Shown piece after piece: positions 32,275 to 42,381 of a DNA stretch of 61,085 nucleotides. This stretch comes from a virus (Duplodnaviria; Caudoviricetes), in the IMG/VR virus record IMGVR_UViG_3300036715_000569, positions 1-61,085 of that record; one strand, written 5' to 3'. Under the pieces are notes generated by a model. It was given only the letters and a program-made list of their open reading frames with translations. It did not search any database and was not told the origin of the DNA. The translations under genes were made by a program, and so were the position numbers. The stretch's first letter is position 1; the number at the start of each line of letters is the position of its first letter.

Positions 32275-32934
32275 ATGTCAATTACACTGAACGCCAAAGG
32301 TACGAGCGTACCCTCTTTCACAATCGGAAAGGGCGGTGTTACTATCTATCAAGGATTATCTGATCCATACCCAACTTATACACTAAAAGACGGCGATTAT
32401 TGGCTCGATAAAACAACAAATGCATTAAAAGTATGGTCTACAGTTGGACCTGCGTGGCAAGCTCCTCGTTTAGCCGATTTACATTTCGTCAATAATAGTA
32501 TTGTTGCAACTGGCGGCCAAGATTTGACACTATCTGTAGATGTCAACCATTCAGTTAACATAGATGCAGGTAATTCCGGACCAGCATTAATAACTGCAAC
32601 AAACAGTCAAGATCTTCATATTAACCCTGCAACAGGCGGCGGCCAATATTTAGTATTAAATGTTAATCGCTGGCCGACAGCTGACGGTACGGCAAATCAA
32701 GTATTAACAACGAATGGAGCCGGCGTATTGAGTTTTACTACACTTAACATAATAGGATCTCCTGCACCAGCAACTAATGCAACAACAGGTTTCGCATATA
32801 TTCCTGTAACGACAGGTACACCTACTGAAACACCGACAGCAATTACTGGATATACGCCGATGATGACAGACTCGAGTGGTTCGAAATTATGGGTATATAT
32901 CGGCGGGTCATGGAAATACACCATACTTTCATAA
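32275..32934 (+). CDS. Virion structural protein
   Basis: NAKGTSVPSFTIGK; WPTADGTANQVLTTNG; C-terminus resembles that of 15271..17127. Confidence 0.6.
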   Translation: MSITLNAKGTSVPSFTIGKGGVTIYQGLSDPYPTYTLKDGDYWLDKTTNALKVWSTVGPAWQAPRLADLHFVNNSIVATGGQDLTLSVDVNHSVNIDAGNSGPALITATNSQDLHINPATGGGQYLVLNVNRWPTADGTANQVLTTNGAGVLSFTTLNIIGSPAPATNATTGFAYIPVTTGTPTETPTAITGYTPMMTDSSGSKLWVYIGGSWKYTILS

Positions 32935-33004
32935 TAATATTTTTAGATAAATATTGGATAGCAACACAATTAGCAATAACCGAACATAAATTAAGGAATA
33001 AATC

Positions 33005-33607
33005 ATGAGTAAGGCATTCTCACTAGGTAAGGCGCTAATTGCAGGCGCATCCAACGCAATTCTTATTAACACGAATACAGACGACGGTATTAACAAATTA
33101 CAAGTAACTGGCGGTGTGATATCATCCGGCACAGTTACAGCAGTTACATTCAGTGGATCAGGTGCAAGCTTAACATCTATTCCGAATTCAGCATTTACTA
33201 ATAATTCAATAACAATCGGTTCTACTAGTGTTGCACTTGGTGCAACAGCAGCTACTATTGCTGGATTAACATTAACTAATCCAACAATTACGAATTATAC
33301 AGAAACATTATATGTTCCTTCGGCAGGGTCTGCATTTACTATTGCATTAACCGACGGTACAATGCAGAAATTTACAACTAATGCTAATGCAACTTTTACA
33401 TTACCTGCATCAGTTGCGGGTAAGAGTTATACAGTTTTAGTATTATACGGCGGAACACACACTGTAACATGGGCAGGCGGATCGACTATTAAATGGCCAA
33501 GTGGTGTGGCACCGACTGCAACAAGCGTTTCGAGCAAGATAGATATTTATGTATTTACGTGTGACGGAACTAATACATACGGCCAAGACGGCGGAAGGAA
33601 TTTCTAA
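33005..33607 (+). CDS. Virion structural protein
   Basis: FSGSGASLTSIP; IKWPSGVAPT..DIYVF. Confidence 0.6.
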   Translation: MSKAFSLGKALIAGASNAILINTNTDDGINKLQVTGGVISSGTVTAVTFSGSGASLTSIPNSAFTNNSITIGSTSVALGATAATIAGLTLTNPTITNYTETLYVPSAGSAFTIALTDGTMQKFTTNANATFTLPASVAGKSYTVLVLYGGTHTVTWAGGSTIKWPSGVAPTATSVSSKIDIYVFTCDGTNTYGQDGGRNF

Positions 33608-36231
33608 TGTTTTCAACATCGAAATTTTTCCATAATAATACAGTAACACCGACTACATACGTAGATAATGTATTTTCTGCGTATACGTATGCAGGTATGG
33701 GTACCACCGGCGCAAATCGTATTAATAATGGGTTTAATATAGCGAAAGTAGGAGATGCATTTTATGCAAATACTACGTTATTAATGGGGTTTGATTATGA
33801 CATAGTAAATGATAAAACTGGTATTATCGATCTGCCCGTAGTTACTGGGTCGACAGTTTTTAGCGGTGCTGGCGTATTTACATCGGCGTGTATGAACGGT
33901 GCAGGTATAAATGCTGCTACAAATTGTGTAATTAAAACTACAACAAATAGTCTTGGTGCTAATTTTCATAATCCATTTTGTATAGAAGCATGGGTAAGAT
34001 GTAGTACAGGTGCAACCGCTGGTGGCAATGTATATGTATCGTTAATAGAATATACTGACTCGGCAAATACAGTTAATTTTGATGTACAATCTGCGGACGG
34101 TGCAACAGCATCAGTTATTTTTTCTGTAACAGGTACAAATCCAACAACATTGTCATATACAACAACCGGCCTTACTACTCTCCAATTAATTCGAATATCA
34201 TATGATGGTACTACATTAAGAATATATCAAAATGCTGCACTTCAGACATCTGCTGCTTGGTCGGGATTTACTAACGGAACATTTACTTCTAATGCATGTA
34301 AATTTCAAGCAATTGGCGGCAGCGTAACTGGAACAGCAGCACAATTACAATTCGATGAACTTCGTTGGACATTCGGGGTAGATCGGGCAGCTGATGCAAC
34401 GACTTTACCTACTGCATTATTTCCTAGAACTTCGACAGCAACAGCAGCACTAGCAACTGATGCTATGGTATGGATTAAGAATAGAACCAGTGCCGTCGAT
34501 AACGTATTACAAGACAATGTTCGTGGATTTACTAATGCATTAGGGTCTAATTTACTTACAGGCAGCACGGTTATAAACGGAACCTTCCCTCGTTCGTACG
34601 GATTTGAATTTATAGGTTCGACTGCAACATTAAATGCGCAATCTAATAATTATGTTTCTTGGACATTTCTTAAACAAGTAAAATTTTTCGATATCGTAAC
34701 ATATACAGGTAATGGCGCAAACAGAACAATAGCACATTCGTTGGGATCAGTTCCCGGTATGATTATGGTATTTCGAACTGACATAACAAGTGCAACAGCA
34801 CGAATGGTATATCATGCAAATATACCTAACACGCAATACCTATCATTAAATACGTCAGGCGCAGCAGTAACAGACGCAACTGTATGGAATAGCACAAGTG
34901 CAACATCGTCGGTCTTCAGTGTAGGTACCCATACTGACGTAAATGCATCAGCTGGAACATATGTAGCATATATATTTGCTAACGATACAACATCAACAAG
35001 TTTGATAAAAACTTCGTCATTTACAACAGATGCAAGCGGTAATGCAACTGTATCACTAGGATGGGAACCACAATTCGGTATTATCAAAGGAACTGGCGCC
35101 GCAAATAACTGGATTATGCTAGACGAAACTAGAGGATGGTCGCCAACCGCATCGTCGACTTTATCTTTACTCGCAAATACAAACGCCACAGAAACCGCTG
35201 TAAGTTTATCTTCACCGAACGCATCAGGTTTCTCTGTAACAGGGTTAGCTGTATCGTCAACATATGTATATACAATGGTTCGACGCCCGAATAAACCGCC
35301 CACAGCAGGAACACAAATTTACAATGCAATAAGTCGTGTTGGTACATCGAGTATATTTGCATATACTACTTTAGGATTCGCACCAGACCTTGTTGCAATT
35401 AAATCTACTAGTGCTACGTCATCTCATTATTGGTTTGATAGGTTACGTGCAGCAACACAATATTTAAGTTCGAACTTAACAAATGTGCAGGCAACAGATG
35501 CTGTTTCTTTAACTTCTTTTGATATGAGTGGGTTTACAGTTGGTAATTCTTCTGGTACAGCGCCGGTCAATAGTAGTGGGTTGACATATATAAATTACGG
35601 ATTCAAACGTGCCCCGGGTGTGCTTGATATGGTTTACTACAACACAACTGGCGTAAATAAGACAGAAGCGCATAACCTCAGTGTACAGCCGGAGTTATGG
35701 ATGGTTAAATGTGTTAGCGCACCTAGAGGGTGGTTCATTGGAAGCACACTGCTTGCTGCAACAGAGTATCTGCAACTTGAGACTACGGCTGCAAAGATAA
35801 CTGATGCAACCGCTTGGAATAGTACATACCCGACTGCATCGGTAGTAAGCCTAGGTACTCTTACTGGTATTAATGAAGGCGGTGCAACCAAGACTCAAAT
35901 TATGTACCTCTTTGCTACTGTATCAGGTATCACTAAAGTTGGATCGTACACCGGAAATGGAACTTCTATAAATATTGACTGTGGATTCGCAGCAGGCGCT
36001 CGTTATATATTAATTAAACGAACAGATTCTACAGGCGATTGGTATGTATGGGATACTGTGCGTGGTATTATTGCAGGTAACGACCCACACATAAGTCTTA
36101 ATACTACGGCAGCACAAGTTACTACAGATGATAGTATTGGTCCGTATACACCTGGATTTACTGCTAACCAATTAGCAGCAACAAACATTAATGTAACAAG
36201 CGCAACATATATATTCTTAGCGATAGCATAA
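33607..36231 (+). CDS. Virion structural protein with repeated beta domains
   Basis: Repeated YTGNG / WD..RG / YIFLAIA-type modules plus a LamG-like segment. Confidence 0.65.
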   Translation: MFSTSKFFHNNTVTPTTYVDNVFSAYTYAGMGTTGANRINNGFNIAKVGDAFYANTTLLMGFDYDIVNDKTGIIDLPVVTGSTVFSGAGVFTSACMNGAGINAATNCVIKTTTNSLGANFHNPFCIEAWVRCSTGATAGGNVYVSLIEYTDSANTVNFDVQSADGATASVIFSVTGTNPTTLSYTTTGLTTLQLIRISYDGTTLRIYQNAALQTSAAWSGFTNGTFTSNACKFQAIGGSVTGTAAQLQFDELRWTFGVDRAADATTLPTALFPRTSTATAALATDAMVWIKNRTSAVDNVLQDNVRGFTNALGSNLLTGSTVINGTFPRSYGFEFIGSTATLNAQSNNYVSWTFLKQVKFFDIVTYTGNGANRTIAHSLGSVPGMIMVFRTDITSATARMVYHANIPNTQYLSLNTSGAAVTDATVWNSTSATSSVFSVGTHTDVNASAGTYVAYIFANDTTSTSLIKTSSFTTDASGNATVSLGWEPQFGIIKGTGAANNWIMLDETRGWSPTASSTLSLLANTNATETAVSLSSPNASGFSVTGLAVSSTYVYTMVRRPNKPPTAGTQIYNAISRVGTSSIFAYTTLGFAPDLVAIKSTSATSSHYWFDRLRAATQYLSSNLTNVQATDAVSLTSFDMSGFTVGNSSGTAPVNSSGLTYINYGFKRAPGVLDMVYYNTTGVNKTEAHNLSVQPELWMVKCVSAPRGWFIGSTLLAATEYLQLETTAAKITDATAWNSTYPTASVVSLGTLTGINEGGATKTQIMYLFATVSGITKVGSYTGNGTSINIDCGFAAGARYILIKRTDSTGDWYVWDTVRGIIAGNDPHISLNTTAAQVTTDDSIGPYTPGFTANQLAATNINVTSATYIFLAIA

Positions 36232-36279
36232 AGAATATAATTAAAATAATAGATAAATAACGGAAACGGAGAACTTCAG

Positions 36280-39200
36280 ATGGCAATTCAACTTTCAGGT
36301 GTACAATTAGGTAATATCGGGGGCGGTCCATCCTCTGTTACGTTAGAGGATTTAGCTGACGTTCTTATCGTTACTCCCCAGACTGGTCAATATTTAAGAT
36401 ATAACGCATCGATTTCTGAATGGCAAAATGCATTCATAAATTCAGATGTATATTCGTATCTTAATACAAATTTAACAAGTTCGAACGGTGTTAACCTTGT
36501 AAAGACACCTGGGCCAAATACAATCGATATTACGTTAGCTTTATCGGCTTCTGGTGATGCGACAGGTAATGTTTCCGGTGGAGTATTACCATTGACACTT
36601 GCTAATGTAAATGCGAATGTAGGAACTTTTGGTTCTGCTTCCCAGATACCTGTTTTTACTACGAACGCAAAAGGTTTGATTACAGGTGTAACAACTGTTT
36701 CATTTAGCGGTACCTCCCCACTTGCAACAAGTTTAGCGGGAGGCTCTGTAGGTGCGCTACCGTACCAGTCAGCTTCGTCGGTTACATCATTTCTTACAGC
36801 AGGAACATCGAGTCAGGTACTTATATCAGGAACGACACCTAGTTGGACTAATGCGCCTACTTTAAGCGGTGTAAATTTTTCTAGTATTCCGAACTCAGCA
36901 TTAGTTGGCACAGGACAAATTACAGTTGGTTCCACAGCAATATCATTGGGCGATACAGTAACTACAATAGCTGGATTGACATCTGTTACATCGACAACAT
37001 TTGTTGGCGCATTGACAGGTACTGCAACAAATTCTACAAATGCTGCTATCACAGACGATGTGGCAAGTGCTCCAGCAAACTTTATTACGATGGTTTCGAC
37101 AGCCAGTGGTAATCGACCAATCAAGACTTCTAGCACAAAGTTGTATTTTGTACCATCGACAGGAATATTGACATCAACTGCATTCGCAGGCTCTGGTGCA
37201 GGGTTAACTAACATTCCAAACTCAGCACTTACTGGCTCCGGCGCAATAACAATCGGTTCTACTTCGGTAGCACTTGGTGACACAGAAACTACTATTGCAG
37301 GATTAACATCTGTTACATCGACGACATTTGTCGGCGCATTGACAGGTAATGCTTCTACTGCGACATTAGCAACTACATCAACAAATGTCGCAGGCGGCAC
37401 AACAGGTGCAGTACCATATCAAACAGCAGTAAGCACAACAGCATTATTAGCAGCAGGAACATCGAGTCAGGTACTTGTATCAGGAACAACTCCTAGCTGG
37501 TCGAATACACCGACATTGACTGGTACGAACTTTACTAGTATTCCGAATGGTGCATTATCTAATAGTTCGATAACAGTTGGATCTACAGCGATTGCATTAG
37601 GTGCAACTACGACAACATTAGCTGGCTTAACATCTGTTACATCTACAACATTTGTTGGTGCATTAACTGGCGCAGCAAGTGCTAACGTATTAAAAGCTGG
37701 CGATACAATGACTGGTTTGTTAATATTGAGTGGTGATCCAGTCGCTGCTATGGGCGCAGTGACAAAACAGTATGCTGACGGAATAGCATCCGGCGTTAAT
37801 ATTCACGCTGCATGTGATACAGCAACTACAACAGCATTAGCAACAAGCACATATAATAACGGTACAGGTGGTGTTGGTGCCACACTAACAGCAACAGCGA
37901 ACGGTGTATTAGGTACAATTGGCGGGTATGCAGGTCTTATTGTAACTAATCGTGTTCTTGTTAAAAACCAAGTAGCAGGGTTACAGAACGGCATTTATGT
38001 AGTTACATCACTCGGGTCTGCAGGCACACCGTGGATACTGACTCGTGCAGATGACTTCGATGGTTCCCCTGCAAGTGAAGTTGTGGCCGGCGATTTAACT
38101 TATGTATCGAATGGAACAAATAGTGGTACACAGTGGGTTCAAACAGCAGTAGGTACTGGTACAGGCGGTCCGGGTTCGTATATTATTATTGGAACAGATG
38201 CGATAGTATTTGGTCAGTTTGCTGGGTCAGGCACCCTGACAGCTGGAAGCGGCATTGACATTACAACAAATGTTATTTCGAATACAGGTGTATTAAGCAA
38301 CATCGCTGGTACTAATATTTCTGTATCTGGTGCAACCGGTAATGTAACTATTGCAGTTACAGGTACTGTTCCATCGGCAACAACAGCAACAACAGCAACA
38401 AATATTGCTGGCGGAGCAGCAGGTTCAATTAATTATCAAACAGCAGCTAGTACAACAGCATTATTAGCAGCAGGAACATCGAGTCAGGTACTTGTATCAG
38501 GAACAACGCCTAGCTGGTCGAATACACCGACACTAACTGGTACGAACTTTACAGGTATCGGTAACGGTGCTCTGACAAACAGTTCCGTAACATTAGGTTC
38601 TACAAGTGTTTCATTAGGTGGCAGTTCAGCATCTATCGCTGGTTTGACGTCCGTTACAGCAACTACATTTACTGGTGCTTTGGTAGGTAATGCTTCTACG
38701 GCAACAAGTGCAACTAACGCAACAAATACAACGATAACGGATGATACATCAACTAATGCTACTAAGTATATTTCGTGGGTTGATGCAACTAGTGGTAACA
38801 ATCCAGTAAAAGTGTCGAGTACAAAACTTACAATCAATCCAAGTACAGGTGTATTGACAGCTACGTCGTTCGCAGGATCTGGCGCAGGTTTAACTAGTAT
38901 TCCGAATAGTGCCTTAACTAACAGTTCTGTAACAATTGGCTCAACTTCGGTTGCACTTGGCGTAACAGCAACAACATTAGTTGGTTTGACATCTGTTACA
39001 TCGACGACATTTGTCGGCGCATTGACAGGTAATGCGTCGACATCAACTAGTGCAACAACTGCAACTAATCTAGCAGCTGGTGCAGCTGGTTCACTTCCTT
39101 ATCAGTCAGCATCAGGTACGACAACAATGTTGACAGCAGGAACAAATGGTTTTGTATTAACATTAGCAGCAGGCGTTCCGACCTGGGCAGCTTCTACAGG

Positions 39201-40134
39201 TGGTGTAACATCCATTGCAGGAACAGCAAACCAGATTACAGCATCAGCATCAACTGGCGCAGTAACACTATCTCTTCCAGCTACAATTAATGGATTAACA
39301 TCTGTTTCATCGACAGGATTTACTGGTGCATTAACAGGTAATGCAACAACTGCGACAACTGCAACTAATATTGCAGCAGGCGCAGCAGGATCAATTCCAT
39401 ATCAAACAGCAGCAAGTACGACATCATTGTTAGCAGCAGGAACAAATGGATTTGTATTAACTGTTGCCGGTGGATTGCCTACATGGGCAGCAAACGCTAG
39501 TACAACATCATTTGTCGAAGAATCAACAACTGCTACAGCAAGTCAGACAACATTTAATGTTACCGGCGGATACTTAGCAGGATTGATTAGTGTTTATTAC
39601 AACGGATTATTGTTAACAAATGGTGTTGACTATACAGCAAGTAATGGAACAACTTTTGTTTTAACAACTGGTGCAACAGTTGGGGCAGAACTTGTATCAA
39701 GAGCATTTACTGGCTTGACAATAGCTAATGCATTACCGTTAACAGGTGGTACATTAACTGGCGCACTCATCGGAACTTCAATAACAATGTCGGGCACAGT
39801 GACAGCATCGACATTTAACGCTACATCTACCAAGCGTGTTAAAAAAGCAATTAAGAATTTAGGTAAGTCATACTTAACTAAGTTTGCAGATTTGAAACCA
39901 CGTGAATATGATCGTAAAGATTATGTTGCACATGAGTTTGGGTTCGTTGCTGAAGAAATGGCACTTGTGTATCCAGAGATTGTTGGTGTTGACAGTGGTG
40001 GCCAACCAAATGGTATCGACTACGGTAAGTTGTCAGCTATCTTAACTGCTAAAGTTCAGGAACAACAGACAACAATTGATAAGTTACAAAGTCAAATGAC
40101 TAAAGTAATGGGAATGTTAAAAGGTTTGAAATAA
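36280..40134 (+). CDS. Long tail fibre with C-terminal intramolecular chaperone (peptidase S74-like)
   Basis: GLTSVTSTTFVGALTG repeats; C-terminal STKRVKKAI..GFVAEE..IDYGKL and coiled coil. Confidence 0.8.
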   Translation: MAIQLSGVQLGNIGGGPSSVTLEDLADVLIVTPQTGQYLRYNASISEWQNAFINSDVYSYLNTNLTSSNGVNLVKTPGPNTIDITLALSASGDATGNVSGGVLPLTLANVNANVGTFGSASQIPVFTTNAKGLITGVTTVSFSGTSPLATSLAGGSVGALPYQSASSVTSFLTAGTSSQVLISGTTPSWTNAPTLSGVNFSSIPNSALVGTGQITVGSTAISLGDTVTTIAGLTSVTSTTFVGALTGTATNSTNAAITDDVASAPANFITMVSTASGNRPIKTSSTKLYFVPSTGILTSTAFAGSGAGLTNIPNSALTGSGAITIGSTSVALGDTETTIAGLTSVTSTTFVGALTGNASTATLATTSTNVAGGTTGAVPYQTAVSTTALLAAGTSSQVLVSGTTPSWSNTPTLTGTNFTSIPNGALSNSSITVGSTAIALGATTTTLAGLTSVTSTTFVGALTGAASANVLKAGDTMTGLLILSGDPVAAMGAVTKQYADGIASGVNIHAACDTATTTALATSTYNNGTGGVGATLTATANGVLGTIGGYAGLIVTNRVLVKNQVAGLQNGIYVVTSLGSAGTPWILTRADDFDGSPASEVVAGDLTYVSNGTNSGTQWVQTAVGTGTGGPGSYIIIGTDAIVFGQFAGSGTLTAGSGIDITTNVISNTGVLSNIAGTNISVSGATGNVTIAVTGTVPSATTATTATNIAGGAAGSINYQTAASTTALLAAGTSSQVLVSGTTPSWSNTPTLTGTNFTGIGNGALTNSSVTLGSTSVSLGGSSASIAGLTSVTATTFTGALVGNASTATSATNATNTTITDDTSTNATKYISWVDATSGNNPVKVSSTKLTINPSTGVLTATSFAGSGAGLTSIPNSALTNSSVTIGSTSVALGVTATTLVGLTSVTSTTFVGALTGNASTSTSATTATNLAAGAAGSLPYQSASGTTTMLTAGTNGFVLTLAAGVPTWAASTGGVTSIAGTANQITASASTGAVTLSLPATINGLTSVSSTGFTGALTGNATTATTATNIAAGAAGSIPYQTAASTTSLLAAGTNGFVLTVAGGLPTWAANASTTSFVEESTTATASQTTFNVTGGYLAGLISVYYNGLLLTNGVDYTASNGTTFVLTTGATVGAELVSRAFTGLTIANALPLTGGTLTGALIGTSITMSGTVTASTFNATSTKRVKKAIKNLGKSYLTKFADLKPREYDRKDYVAHEFGFVAEEMALVYPEIVGVDSGGQPNGIDYGKLSAILTAKVQEQQTTIDKLQSQMTKVMGMLKGLK

Positions 40135-40929
40135 ATGACTGCTAATATCCAATCAAACGGAACAGACTTAGACACTCTGTTCGCGGCACATGTGACAAAC
40201 AATGCCGCAAACGCGACTGGATATCAGGTCGCAGGTGTCGATATTTCGACGCGCTTCGATCCATTAGCCAATCCGGCACCAGCAAATGCAGGGAGTAGGT
40301 TACCTGCTTCGGGGATTACGACTAGTGCAACAGGTTATTCACCTAATACTGACCTTGCCACCATCTTTTGTGGTAATGCAAGTCAGTATTCATTGACGAC
40401 ACCTGCAAATGGCTCAGGCTCGTTGGCAGGGTTTACTTCGCCTACCACGTTGACGCATACTATAACAATTACATTTGCAAATGCAGCAGCATTGACAAAT
40501 TATTTCTTTTTTGGTGGTCGTATACAGATTTCATGTAGCCAATCAGCTGGTACAACAGCAGATACAACATTAGCAACTATGTTTACTAATATGGGCACTA
40601 TTGTTATATATGACGCAGGTCATTTTCAGTCTGGCGGTGCCGGCGGTACAGTGACAAATGCAGGAACCGGTGGATCGAATATCGGTACTACACCTGTTGC
40701 ACTATATAATACGACAGATGGTTCGCCATATACTGCGACTACATATAGTATAAGTATGGTGGCCAACGCAGCAGCAGGCTCGGCAACAGTGCTTACTATT
40801 ACAACAGTTCTTACAGTTGTTACTGGAGGTACAGTGGCAGATACTTATACAGGAACATATACATCGAACGTGCAGCAACGTAATTATTCGACACAAACTG
40901 TTCCAACATTTAGTCACACTGGCCCTTAA
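40135..40929 (+). CDS. Virion structural protein
   Basis: T/G-rich; ITFANAAALTNYFFFGG. Confidence 0.55.
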   Translation: MTANIQSNGTDLDTLFAAHVTNNAANATGYQVAGVDISTRFDPLANPAPANAGSRLPASGITTSATGYSPNTDLATIFCGNASQYSLTTPANGSGSLAGFTSPTTLTHTITITFANAAALTNYFFFGGRIQISCSQSAGTTADTTLATMFTNMGTIVIYDAGHFQSGGAGGTVTNAGTGGSNIGTTPVALYNTTDGSPYTATTYSISMVANAAAGSATVLTITTVLTVVTGGTVADTYTGTYTSNVQQRNYSTQTVPTFSHTGP

Positions 40930-40935
40930 TTCAGG

Positions 40936-41256
40936 TTGACTTACAAAACGTATGATGCTATATTAGCTCATACGTTTTATTTTAACTTGTTTTATAGTGA
41001 GCACTAAACAGAAAAGGTGCAATCAACGATATAGATAACGGTTGACACTTAACTAAAACGATGTTAGAGTAACTACTTATTAAATATGTTCGAAGACGGC
41101 TTAAACCGTGAACCAATATTTTGTAAGATGGTAGATTGACACATATTATAAACGATGTTAGAATCACAGATGATAAATAAATATACGTAAGTAAATATGT
41201 TTGTCTTAAGAAGATAACTTGAATGACTTGACAAGCTGCTATAAAGGTTATACACT
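40936..41256 (+). promoter_or_regulatory. Array of four sigma70-type promoters upstream of the tRNA island
   Basis: TTGACT-N17-TATATT (40936), TTGACA-N17-TAGAGT (41042), TTGACA-N17-TAGAAT (41136), TTGACA-N17-TACACT (41228). Confidence 0.75.
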
Positions 41257-41376
41257 TGCAGTAAGGTAGTAAAGAATCACATTAAACAGTGTTTTTTTAC
41301 ACAGATGATAAATAACTTTGTGAACATATAAATTGTTCGCATAGATAACTTTTAATTGGAATTATAGGACTTAATA

Positions 41377-41535
41377 ATGTTTGAAACTAGCTTTAAACTC
41401 GCGAATAAGAAACATACGATGGCGTCAGCCACTGTGCGTCAATGCGCAAGTTATTGGTTAGGCTTTACATCACCTAGTAATAATGAACAAGATCCGATTA
41501 AGATGGCTTCTTTTTATAAGGGCTCTAGCAACTGA
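41377..41535 (+). CDS. Putative attenuator leader peptide, 52 aa, containing all 20 amino acids
   Basis: AGGA RBS; MFETSFKLANKKHTMASATVRQCASYWLGFTSPSNNEQDPIKMASFYKGSSN. Confidence 0.7.
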   Translation: MFETSFKLANKKHTMASATVRQCASYWLGFTSPSNNEQDPIKMASFYKGSSN

Positions 41536-41567
41536 AAAGTAACTAGAACATTTACAAAAAGAAGCCA
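41504..41567 (+). promoter_or_regulatory. Putative antiterminator hairpin with the leader stop codon at its apex
   Basis: TGGCTTCTTTTT (41504-15) pairs with AAAAAGAAGCCA (41556-67); inner TCTAG/CTAGA and ACT-GAAA-AGT. Confidence 0.7.
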
Positions 41568-41590
41568 CTAGGAAACTAAGTGGCTTTTTT
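41562..41590 (+). terminator. Intrinsic terminator overlapping the antiterminator
   Basis: AAGCCAC-TAG-GAAA-CTA-A-GTGGCTT followed by a T-tract. Confidence 0.8.
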
Positions 41591-41882
41591 ATTGATTCTG
41601 ACAAATTAGATATCAATGTTGCAAAATGTAGTAAAATGCTGTAGAGTGTGTAGATACTGGGAACGCAGCCCAGGCCCCACACTTAAAACATGGGTCGAAA
41701 GAGGGCGTGTTAGGGGATGGTAAGGCTGTGGCATGAATCCAGCTTGTAAAAACCTGACAATATAAAGTGTTTTACAAATATGTAATGCACTTTATATTAA
41801 AATATATTGAGTTGATATGGATTGAAATATCGCAAACAGTATATTTTAATATAGGCATTCGAAAGAGTGCTTTATGAATTAT

Positions 41883-41969
41883 GTTGTATCGTCAGAGTTG
41901 GAGAGCTGAAGCGGGCTGTAACCCCGTTCCCTTATGGGTGAGTAGGTTCGAATCCTACATGCAACACCA
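41883..41969 (+). tRNA. tRNA-Tyr(GTA)
   Basis: ctGTAac loop, variable arm, TTCGAATC, CCA. Confidence 0.85.
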
Positions 41970-41975
41970 AACAAT

Positions 41976-42050
41976 GGGGGCAGCAGTGGTTTGCGGATCA
42001 CACTTGCAATGTGATTGTCTAGTAGGATTCGATTTCCTCGGCCTCCACCA
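41976..42050 (+). tRNA. tRNA-Ala(TGC)
   Basis: tcaca-ctTGCaa-tgtga; G3:U70; CCA. Confidence 0.75.
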
Positions 42051-42058
42051 ATAACAAT

Positions 42059-42154
42059 GGAGTAATAGTTTAACGAAAAAACGGCGGCACCTATTGATTT
42101 ATTATCACCGGGAGGATCGCACTTAATAGGTTTAATTCCTATTTTACCCCACCA
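42059..42154 (+). tRNA. Degenerate tRNA-like element (anticodon unresolved)
   Basis: GGAGTAA/TTACCCC acceptor, T-arm and CCA present; no canonical anticodon arm. Confidence 0.4.
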
Positions 42155-42159
42155 AGTTT

Positions 42160-42228
42160 AAAGAATGCTTTCAGCAAACACACAAATTGAAAAACTTTTA
42201 ATCTTTCAAGATAAAAGCATTCTGTTTT
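42160..42228 (+). ncRNA. Scaffolded small RNA copy 1 (Lys-UUU anticodon-loop mimic)
   Basis: AGAATGCTTT/AAAGCATTCT stem, CAGCAA, internal ttgaaa-aaCTTTTAAtc-tttcaa. Confidence 0.55.
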
Positions 42229-42234
42229 AATTAA

Positions 42235-42309
42235 GCCTCGTTCGTATAACGGACATTACACTGGATTGTCGATCCAATTACAGCGGTTCAACTCCGCTAC
42301 GAGGCGCCA
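42235..42309 (+). tRNA. tRNA-Asp(GTC)
   Basis: tgga-ttGTCga-tcca; CCA. Confidence 0.85.
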
Positions 42310-42314
42310 TTTTT

Positions 42315-42374
42315 AAAGATTACCTACCGCATACAAAATTCACTCAAAATGAAACCATAAGCGTAATCTGTTTT
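42315..42374 (+). ncRNA. Scaffolded small RNA copy 2 (Leu-CAA anticodon-loop mimic)
   Basis: AGATTAC/GTAATCT stem, CCGCA, ttca-ctCAAaa-tgaa. Confidence 0.5.
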
Positions 42375-42381
42375 AGTTTTT

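Noticed and set aside
41470-41682. 70-aa minus-strand ORF over the leader/terminator
   Set aside because: No RBS or motif; the plus-strand leader and RNA switch explain the region better.
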